DNA from: Piromyces finnis finn
Lineage: Eukaryota; Fungi; Neocallimastigomycota
NCBI GenBank assembly: GCA_002104945.1
Contig: MCFH01000004.1
Span: 682,001-746,000, forward strand
Direction of reading: 5' to 3'
DNA: 64,000 bases
In this document: piece after piece, positions 50,748-61,791 of the stretch
Numbering within the stretch: position 1 is the first letter of the stretch
How the letters are laid out: each line of letters begins with the position of its first letter
Program-made: the position numbers and the translations under genes
Notes under the pieces: generated by a model
The model's database searches: none
Told to the model about the DNA's origin: nothing
Seen by the model: the letters and a program-made list of their open reading frames with translations, nothing else

Positions 50748-52000
50748 ATGAGTTTAAATAGTATCTTAGAACAAAAATTGTCAAATTTAGCAGAAAAGTA
50801 AAATTAAATATTATAATTGCTTATAAATTTATATAATTCAAATTTTAAAATATATTAAAAAATAATTAAATATATAATTTTTATATTTAAAAATATTAGA
50901 GAACTTCAAATTGAATTAGAACCTTTGGATTCAAGGGGAATGTATATTAATCCTCACCAAGATACCATAACAAGAAAAGATGTAATGAAAAATATTGCAA
51001 ATCGAATTATCCATTCAAGAAAATACGCATTATTTTATATATTTGTAATTATATTATCTTTAATAGTATTAATAACTGTAAGTAAAATATCTGCAGATAA
51101 AAATAAAATAAAAATATATAAATATTATATTTTTACTCATATATAATATATCTATATAATTTATTTATAATTTATTTTCATAGTCTTTCAATACAAAATG
51201 GTAAATAATTGTTTATATATATGTTTTACCATTTAAATATATACCAATTTAACAATATCTCTAATTATGAATTACATATTTTTCATTTAAAAATACTAAC
51301 CTAACATCATTTTAAATAATTTCAGTTTATCAACAATATATCTATTAATGGACTATTTCATAAATATTTCTTTAATTATCGAAGTATTATTAAGAATTAA
51401 TGCTCTAGGAAAGGTATTCATTAACAACATTTATTGATATGTATTATTATCTAATTCATACGAAAAAATATATTAAAATATTTATTAAATAAATCTTTAT
51501 ATTATAATAATAGAATTATTGGAAGTCATTCTTAAATATAATTGATATAATCATTGTACCATTATGTGTAATCACACTTATTTATTTAACAGTCGACGAT
51601 TGTTCAAATCGCCAAGAAAAAATAGCTGATAATATTATTATAGGTGTCAGAAATGGATTACAATTATTTAGATTAGTATTACTAATTAAAAAGTAAATAC
51701 AAACCCAAAAATTTTTAATCTTATTAATTTTTATAATTTATGAAATTATTATTTATATAAATATTTTATACTAAATTCATTTATATATATATATATATAA
51801 ATTATTATTATTATTATTATTAAAATAGTAATGACATATTTTCTTCAGAGGTTGAAATAGTAGATTTCAGTAGTATTGATAATAATCAAGAAGAAGAAGA
51901 ATTATCTGAAATTATTTCCGACGATGCTACAATTGACACAGGTGCTGATATGGATTTTTTAATCGAATATGAGGAATTTGAAAAAGAACTTGCACTATAA
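50748..52000 (+). CDS. Small 4-TM ion-transport/voltage-sensor-like domain protein with no pore domain
   Basis: Exons 50748-50797, 50900-51077, 51184-51200, 51326-51413, 51514-51692, 51829-52000, all in phase. S1 KYALFYIFVIILSLIVLI; S2 YLLMDYFINISLIIEVLLRI; linker GKNYWKSFLN; S3 IIDIIIVPLCVITL; S4-like IGVRNGLQLFRLVLLIK; acidic tail. Confidence 0.82.
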
Positions 52001-52481
52001 TATATTAAATAACATTAAATAAATTAGATAGAATAAAGATCGAGGTTCAAGTTAACAAAAAATATAACAAACCAAATATCCATATCCATCCAGTTAAATT
52101 AATATTTTATCTTTTTTAAACAAAACATTATAACATATAAAAAAATTCAATAGAATTAAACTAGAATTAAAATTAATCCTATAAATTGAATTGTAATTCT
52201 TTTTTTTAAAAAAAAATTATGGATTATGTAAATTTATTCTATTTATTATTAATATTCCATAATATAAAACTGAAAAAATTACATTTTATAATTAATTTTA
52301 ATATAACATAGAAAAAAGTATATATATAGACTTTATATGTATATATGATAAAAAGAATATATATATATTTAAAAAAATATTATCTATATCTCATTTATAC
52401 ATATATAACAATTTATAAAAATTATTTTTTTTTTTTATTAACATCGTAAATGCTAATAACTTTAGAATAAAAAATAATAAT

Positions 52482-52512
<31 letters not shown>

Positions 52513-52683
52513 ATTCATTATTTATTAGAAGCAATCGTAGATTTCTTTTTTTTTTTATAAATCTAAAGGTAAATAATGAAAGATGATTTTATTAATATTT
52601 AAATAAATGATACATTTTTTTTTTTTTTTCATTTTTGTTTTTTGTTTTTTCGATAAAAAGGATTTTTAGGATATTTTAGCATC

Positions 52684-54431
52684 TTAGAAATCAAGATCTG
52701 CATCTGGATCCTATTATTATATATAAATAAATAATATATAGATAAATAGATAGATAGATATGAATTAATTTAAATTTTAAATTACTATATCTATTATAGT
52801 ATTATAAATATAATAAATTTGCTTTACATCATCATCAAATTCATCATCTAATTCAGGATCAAAGTATATCTCTCCAGAACCAACTGTATTATCATTTTCT
52901 ATTTTTGTTAAAAAAAATATTAAAAGCATTAATAAAATTTATTCTTTATTATACAAAATGTATTGTTATGAAATATAAATTAATATTACCTTGAACATTT
53001 AAATATGGCAATTCAAGTTGATCTTTGGTTTGTTTTTCTTCTTCTGTTAAATTTAGATTAAAAGTTAAATTTTTGGTTGGATCAACCTTCTTTGATGGCT
53101 TTTTATCTTCTAATAAAGTTTGATAATTTGGTATATATTTCTTCATTAAATCAATAATCGGTATAACTGAAAGAATTGGTTTATTATTTTCGATTTTAAT
53201 GGAATAGGCCATTTCCTAATATAATGTATATTATTTTATAATTATTAATATTAATAGTTTTAATAATTATTGAGTAATTATTAACTTTATTTCATCAACA
53301 CTGACTTCTCTTAACATTTTTCCTGATTCTTTTTCATGTAAAATACTACAAATGCCATCGCTTATTGAGTTTCTTTCAATAATATCCATATCCATATCTT
53401 GTAACCATCCTTGATTTTGGAAATATTTCTTTGTATGTTCTACTAAAATATTTGTAGTTGACATATTTGCTAAAACTGCTTTAATATTAATATCATCTGA
53501 TGTTTTAATAGGATAATCTTGATGATATATTAAAATTGTTTGAATTTCATCTTTTGAGATTTCCAATTATAATTCGAAATGCATTATATAATTATAATTA
53601 TATATACATTGAGTTATTATTACAAATCTAATTAATTTTTATGAAAATACATATATTCATTTACCTTTATTAATTTCATTAATTTGTTTTATGAAATTTA
53701 ATACATTATACCCATACTTTCTTATTAAGCTATTAATGGAATCAATAATTATGACATTTTTTATAAGTGCTTATATAAATATAGAAATTGAGATTAAATT
53801 AAAAAAAAAAAATTATTATTCAATTCATTTTATAAATGTTATTGGTTTAATTATTTTTCTATGATGTTAGGTACCATTTTCTTTTTTATTCCGCTTTATA
53901 TTATCCTTGATATTATCTAAGAGTTCTTGAAGTGTATTTAAATTATTTTCTTCTATACAAGTATATCTTTTAAATAAATATTCAAATTAATATAATATTT
54001 ATCATTTAAAATTCATAATATTGCCAATATAAAATTGTTGTGATATATTACTTTGCTCTTTCAATACTTTTATTCCAATACAATGGTAATGAATCGACAC
54101 ATATTATAGTATAATAATAATCTCTATTGTATTGTAATAATATATAAATATATATAATGTTTAAATAAATGTTATAAAAGAAATTTGATTAACATATATA
54201 TAATAATTTGCAAGAAATTTAATAAAAGAATTCAATGAAATTCAAAGTTTCAATGTCTAACAATTATAATTCTAATATTGTAATGACTAACCTGTTATAA
54301 ATAAAATTATGTAACAAATATTTACAGGTTTGTGCTAATGTATCTTGTAATAATACTATTCCATTAGAAGAATTTTTATATAAATTTTGGTTTATGCCAA
54401 AGATAAAATGTTCTAAAAATGATTTGTTCAT
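52684..54431 (-). CDS. ELP5: Elongator complex subunit 5
   Basis: Spliced protein starts MNKSFLEHF...IVLLQDTLAQTC, has a central IIIDSIN, and ends VDPTKNLTFNLNLTEEEKQTKDQLELPYLNVQ...GEIYFDPELDDEFDDDPDADLDF*, the typical Elp5 C-terminus. Confidence 0.88.
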
Positions 54432-55040
54432 TACAATCAATATTATTATAATAGTTAAAAGGTAAAAAAAAAAAAAATATAAAAAAATCTACAAAAGTTA
54501 AAATATTAATATTTACAAAAAAAAAAATGTTGCTTATTACTGCTTGTATCACATAAAAATTGTCAGTGTTTAATACTTGATATAATTTATATATAAAAAT
54601 AAAAATTATTAATTTATAAAATTGTTATTATTATTTTTTTACTTTATTAACAGCAATATATACATATTGAAACTATTAACTATTAATTCAACAAACTTTA
54701 TTATTATATGTTTTAATACATATTTTCTAAATACATAATTATTTACGTATACATTACAAAACTTAAAAAAAACTAATTCATAAAAAAAATATAATAATAT
54801 GATTGGTTAAAAAGGCTTTTTTTTTTTATTGATTCGAATATGTAAATAGTTAGAAAACTATTATGAAAATAATAATAATATAAATAATTAATATTAATAA
54901 ATAAAAACTATTGTAAAAATTTGTATTATATATAATATTGATTAATTATATTTTTTTTTTTAAAAAAAATTTTAATTTTTTTTTTTTAATTTTTTTATAA
55001 TTTAAAAATCAATTTAAATCTTAAATAATTTATTATTAAA

Positions 55041-56138
55041 ATGGGTAAGGACGGTAAAGTTAAAAAGGAAAAGAAGTCTGAAAGTTCTGAAGATAACTAC
55101 GAATCTCGTTTAACTGCCCTTAATGAAATTTCAAAACCATTAGCTTCTAAAAAGTTAAACAAAAAGTTATTAAAGACTGTCAGAAAAGGTATATAATAAT
55201 ATAGATTATCAATTTTAGATTTAAGATTTATATTTTTATTTATGTTTTTATCTAAAATTAACATAAATTTAATTATTGTTGAAAATTGAATTTCTTTGTT
55301 TTTTCCTTTTCAACAAAAAAATATTTCATCATCAATATTAAATATATTTATTATTATCATTAATATAATAAAAGCTTCTAAGGCTAAGGATATTAAGCGT
55401 GGTGTAAAGGAAGTTGTTAAGGGTTTAAGAAAGGGAAACAAAGGGTAATTATTTATTAAAAGAGGAATTATATTTGAATAATCAAATCAAAATATTCTTC
55501 AATCAATCTATAATAAATTTAAAAAAAAAAGTATCTGTGCAATATCATTGGTATACAAAACAATAGACAAAAAGTATATTCAAAAATATTTCTCAAGAAA
55601 TAGTAAATATATATAATATTAGAAATTAATGAGGCAAATAGCAATTTCTTTAATTCAGAGATAAAAAATAAATAAGGATCGTGTATATATTTAATGTTCA
55701 CTGACATTATAGATGAGAAAAATGAAAAGAAAAAAAAAAGCAATAATTTAATATTAATAAACAATTAAATGCAATCACGTATAAACACAAAAGATTGATG
55801 AATAATATTTATCAATAACATTTAATAAAATCGAATTAATATCATGTTTTAAATGTGTAAAGTATTAATTATTTAATTCTTTTCTTCATATAAATAACAG
55901 TTTAGTTATTATTGCTGGTGATATTTCTCCAATTGATGTTATTACTCACGTCCCAATTCTTTGTGAAGAATCTGATGTTCCATACTGTTACGTTCCATCT
56001 AAGGAAGATCTTGGTACTGCTGGTTCAACCAAACGTCCAACCTCATGTATTATGGTTGTCAAAAACAAGGATGCTGAATACAAGGATCTCTATGATGAAT
56101 GTGTCAAGGAAGTTAAAGAAATGGAAGTCGAAGCTTAA
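55041..56138 (+). CDS. NHP2: H/ACA snoRNP subunit Nhp2 (L7Ae family)
   Basis: Exons 55041-55188, 55375-55444, 55901-56138: ...ISKPLASKKLNKKLLKTVRKASKAKDIKRGVKEVVKGLRKGNKGLVIIAGDISPIDVITHVPILCEESDVPYCYVPSKEDLGTAGSTKRPTSCIMV. Confidence 0.96.
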
Positions 56139-57591
56139 ATCTAATATATCATTGCAAATAAATTATTTAATTTAGACTCTTTTTTTTTATTAATCCTTTA
56201 TTTTCATATTATCAAAATAATCTATTTTTATTAAATTATTAATACAATAAAAATAAAAATCATATATTAAAATTTATAATAAATTGGAAGATGAATATCT
56301 TTAAAATATATTATAAATTTAAATGTATATTTTTATTATAGAACGAACTTGTTTTTAAATTTTGAACAAAAACTTCGTTTAACGCAAAATATATATTTAT
56401 TTTTTTTTTATATACTATAAACATTTTATAAATAATCTACAGTATTTAAAAATAACTTTTTTTTTAAAATATTTGTAACTAAATATTTAATTATAAATAA
56501 AATTTACCAGTTCCTAATATTTAAAATATATATTTTATTTTTAAAAAATATTAATATAAAAGTGTTTGTGGTTATTATATTAAACAATTAACTTTTTTAT
56601 TGTTTGTAAATAGTTATAAATTTTATAGTAAAAATAATAATAGATTTTTTTTCTTTTAATTCCATTATTGATTCTTTCTTTCTAATGTATGAATAAATAA
56701 TTCCTTTAATAAAATTTATAATTCTAATGGGAAATATTAATTATTAATGTATATAATTATACTATATTCAAAGTACATCTATATATAATAAAAATCCCTT
56801 TTTTAAAAAATTAAGTTTAAACAATAAAAATGGAATGATTTTGTAAATCCAAAGTTAAACCAAGTACTTTGTTAAAATCATTAATTTTTTTTAAACCATT
56901 GTGACACATATTACCAAAAATTATGTCTTATGGTTAGTAATAATTAACATTTAATAAATTTTAAGATACATTCAGAAGCATTAATGATTAGGAAATAAAA
57001 AGACAATACAAGTTCTTTATTACTAGCATTGATTAAAAATTTGCTTCATGACAAATTATAATTTTGACTTTTAGTCACATCTCGAAAACTAAAACAATTA
57101 TTATATATTCATATACAGTAATGGATTTTTATACTTTTAATAAAAATACTTATTTATATATGTTGTTTTAAATAAATATATAATTATAACAACAAAAGTT
57201 TAAAAATATTTACAAATGTTCAAAGTAAAATATATTTTACTTTTAATTCTATTGTATTTAATGGGATGTATATTATTTAAACTATTGTAATAAAAAGAAT
57301 TAACTAAATGCTTCATAATTTATATTTAGTGAGAACATTCAATACAATATATTGTATTAAATCATATTATATTGGAAGAGAACTATAATTTTTTTTTCAT
57401 TTGATAGTTATTCATATTAACAAGACTAAGTAGTTTTTTTTAGTAATGCCATTATCTTTTTACATAATTTAAATAAATTTTTTTTAATTATAAATTAATA
57501 TACATTTAATAATCTAATCTTTATAAAATTTATGTAAAATTGGAATTGTTTATTCATTGATACTATACATTAAATTAATTAAATATGCATG

Positions 57592-57599
57592 TCACGTGT
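57592..57599. promoter_or_regulatory. E-box TCACGTGT (reverse complement ACACGTGA)
   Basis: GTCACGTGTCACATAT about 830 nt upstream of the gene starting at 58426; same 8-mer as the cluster at 26.3 kb. Confidence 0.35.
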
Positions 57600-58425
57600 C
57601 ACATATTAATTAAATCTTTTAATATAAACTTAAATTATATTTTTAAATTTTGAATATTTGTAATATAACAAAAACAAAGAGTCGAAATAACGAAAAAGTT
57701 TATTAAAAACTTTTGAAAGAAAAATTTAAAACATATATCAATATTAATATATTGAAAAAAAAAAGAAAGCCTTTATCACTTAACCTATATTGAATTGAAA
57801 TTATATATAGCATCTAAAAAATATATAAGTAATACAAAAAAAAAGACTATTTTAAAAGTAATTTCATAAAATTTCTGAAAAATTTAAAAATTAATTTAAC
57901 ATTTTAATACTAACTTGTTCTACTTAAATTTTCTCTCTTTCTCTCTTTCTTTCTTTCTTTTTTTCCTTTTTTTTTTTTTTTTGCAAACTATATTCTTCCA
58001 TTTTTAATTTTAATTTTAATATATATATTAACAATATAAAATAAATTTATCAATCATTCAAATTTATTTAGTTGAATATATATTATTATTTATAAGTATA
58101 TAAAAACATATAAATTTTTGAATAGTTTTTATTTACTTTTTTATATTAATATGTTGTTTATTCTTAGAAATTATTATATATACCACACATTAAACAACAA
58201 CAATAATAAAATATTTAAGCAATTCAATTAAAATAACAGAAAAATAATAAATAAATAAATAAATAAATAAATAATAATAATAAAATAAAAATCATATACT
58301 TACATTAAACAATATATATAAATAAAATAAAATTATTAATAAAAAAGGAAGAAAAAAAATATATAAAAGTTATTAAATTTGTCATAAATTATTTATAACA
58401 ATTTTAAATATAAAATTAATTAAAA

Positions 58426-60615
58426 ATGTCAAATAGAAACAGCAACGGTAACAATAATAAATATCAACCTTCCTCAACAGGAATGAATTATGGAAAATTT
58501 TCACCTCAATTTCAACCAATAAACACAAATTTAAGAATGAACAATGGAGGTCAAAATAATTATTCAAACAATCAAGGTAATCAACATATGATGAATCAAG
58601 GAATGAATCCAAATATGAGTCCTGTATTGAATGGAATGAATCCAAGTATGAGTCCAATCATGAATGGAGCTAATCCAAATATGGGTCAAATGATGAATGG
58701 AGCGAATTCAGGGAATCAAAATAAAAAAACAAATTTTGTACCATTTCAACCACCACGTGTTTCTTCACAAGGTAAATTTCATCCTGTGAATCCAGCATCT
58801 TTTTCACCCACAAATTTTCAAAATCAACCACCAATAGTAAATAATAATAATAAAGGTATTTATTTCACTTTATTAAAAAAAAAAAAAAAAATAATATTTA
58901 CAATTTATAGTTATCTTTTTATTTAATGTTTATTAATACTTTTTTTTTTTTTTTATAACTATTATTAAAAAATAATATAATAAAATTTTATGCTATAAAT
59001 TATTTTAATTAATGAATGATAATTAATAAAAATAGCAATGGAAATTGAAATTTCTAAATTACAAGAAAAATTGAAAGAAGCAGTAAAAATTAATAAAATG
59101 GCCACAGTTCAAATCAATAAATTAAATGAAAAAGTAAAAGGTTTTGATGAATTAAAGCAAAAATACGAATCAGCGAAAAAAGAAAATAATGAGCTTCTCG
59201 AAAAGATGGAAGCTCAACAAATTAATTTTACTACCAAGAATTCATTTATTGAACAAAAATTAGAAGAATCAAAAGAGAACTTGATGTCCCTTTTAGATGT
59301 AAAATTAAAATTAGATCAATCAAAGAATGATGTTGAAAGTTTAAAAAAGACTTTAAAAAAAAATAATGGTAAAATGAAGGAACTCACAGCAAATATCGAA
59401 AAAATCCAACAAGAAAAAGAAGATTATAAAAAGGAAGTAGAACAATTAAAAGAAGAAATAAAACAAAAAGAAGATGAATATTCTCAAAATCTTGAGCAAC
59501 AAACTATTTCAAAGGAACAGGAAATTAATAATTATCAACAAGAAATTGAAGAATATAAATTAAAAATAAAGGAATATCAATCTTCAATACAATCACTTGA
59601 AAATACTATTAAGGAACAAGAAGATCAAATAGAAGTATATAAAATATCTGAAGGTGATTTAACTAATTTAAAGAAAGAGTTTGATCAAAATTTAGCTCAA
59701 TTTGAAATTAAGGATAAAAGTATTGAAGAAAAAACCAAGCAATTAAATGAAAGTATTGCTGAAAATGAAAATTTGAAAAAGATAGTTGCTGAAAAGGAAA
59801 AAGAAGCTGTTGAATATGATTATTTAAAGGGTGTATTAGAAAAGAAAGAAAATGAAATGAATGAAATAATAAAAAAAAATGAAGATCTTGAAGCATCTAA
59901 TAAGAATTTATCCAAAACACTTGAAGAAGAAAAGAAGTCATTACAAGAAAAAATTGAATTTCTTGAAAAGGCCAATGAAGAGTTGAAAAAGCAAAATGAT
60001 GAAAACAACATTACTATTAAAAATTGTCGTAGTGATAATGAAAGACAACAAATTGAAATGAAAAATATTGAAAATGCTCTTTCTGAAGCTCAGGAAAAAC
60101 TTTCAATAGAAAAAAAGACTGTTATTTCAATTCAATCAGAATATAATAATTGTCAAAGTATGTATAATCAAGCCATGGAAGCTATCAAAAGATTAGAAGA
60201 TACCCAAAGTCTTCTTCAAAAGCAACTTGAAGATAATAAAATGAAGAGGGATGAAATGACCAAGAACTTTGAAGAAAGTCAAAATATTCTTGAACAGAAG
60301 GCAAATGAAGAGCAAATTCTTACCCAACAAAATGAAGAAAACATTGCTGCCAAGGATGTAGAACTTCGTCAAATCAAAGAAGAATTTGAAGGTGCTATGG
60401 AAAGTATCAAATCTCAATACCTTGAAGTTAAAATATATAATGACTTTTTACGTAAAGAAATTAGAAAATTGAAGGGAATACCAGAAAATATTTTAATTGA
60501 TGAAGTCAATACTGAAGAAATTGAAGCTAATAAAGACCTATATAAGCAAATTGAAAATCAACGTATTCAAATTGAAAATCTTAAAGAACAACTTGAAATT
60601 TCTTTAAACCTCTAA
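58426..60615 (+). CDS. Uncharacterised protein: N/Q/M/G-rich low-complexity N-terminus plus long coiled coil
   Basis: Exon 58426-58855 (donor GTATTT) joins in phase to exon 59036-60615 (K-A-M junction); the second exon is about 525 aa of K/E heptad-type sequence. Confidence 0.88.
58603..58701 (+). repeat. 3 x 33-nt coding tandem repeat (xNPxMxxxxNG)
   Basis: Units 58603-58635 (MNPNMSPVLNG), 58636-58668 (MNPSMSPIMNG), 58669-58701 (ANPNMGQMMNG). Confidence 0.9.
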
Positions 60616-61791
60616 AAATATTTTTAAACAAAATATAGGATTAAAAAAAAAAAAAAATCAAAAAAAAAACAACACCATTATTTTGAATAATTGTTATAAA
60701 GTTTAAAAATTCTATAATTCTATATCTGATGAAGGAAAAAAGAAAATAAATAATAAACAACCATTTAATAAAAGTGGAAATAAATAATAAACAAATTAAA
60801 TACTACCAATAATAAAAAAAACAAACAATTTTTTAAATTAAAAAATTTAAATTGTCATTAACGTAATAATTCCTATCTTACTAACGTACATTTTATTCTC
60901 TCTTTCTTTTAAAATAATAAAAAAAATAAAATAGTAATAAAAATCTTTTTTTTTTTTTTTTTAAATAATAATAATAATAATTAAAAGAAAAATGAAATAA
61001 AACGGCTCTTTATATAATATAATGTCAAAAAAAGATAAAATTTCATTATCTTTTTTAAAAAAAAGTTAATATTTTTTGTGTTACCTCTTTGTAAACATTA
61101 AAATCTCTTTATTTTTATTTTTATATACCTCAGTATTTTTATTAAAATTACATAATATACTTTTAATAAATAGATATTTTTTATTTTTATTTTACTTAGT
61201 TATTTTTATATATATATATTTTTTAATTCCTTATATTATCATTAAATACTAATGATTTGTATATAACATATAGCATTATTTTGAAAAAGTAAAACGAGCC
61301 TTTTTCCTTTTTAAATATATTTATTATGATTTATTTTTTTTATTTTTTTTTTTTTTTAGTTATTTTAAAAATAATAAATTAATGGTGATTGGTGAAAAAA
61401 AGATTTTGTATATATTATAATAAATGTATAATAATAATAATAATAATAATCGTTAATTTTAATATTATATATAATTTTTAATAATAAAAATAAAATATAA
61501 TTTTTCTTTAAAAGATAATATAAAAAAAAGGAATAGAAGAAAAGAAATCACATAAATTTCTATATATATTTCTTTTTATATAATTTATATATATTTAAAA
61601 TAATAAAATAAAGAAGATAAAAAAAAAAAAAAATAGCTATTCCTTTTTTTTTTTTTTATTTTTATTCTTATTATTATTTCTTTATTTATTCCAATTTTAA
61701 CTTTATAATAATATAAAGAAATTACAAAAAACTATCTTTTCATAAATTTTTTATCATATAATTCATTTATCTATTAAAGGAATTGGTAAAG

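Noticed and set aside
55912-56175. 87-aa plus-strand ORF
   Set aside because: Alternative frame of NHP2 exon 3.
58382-60417. Several minus-strand ORFs (58382, 59708, 59820, 60193)
   Set aside because: Antisense to the coiled-coil gene; F/L/S-rich as expected from reverse-complemented K/E codons.
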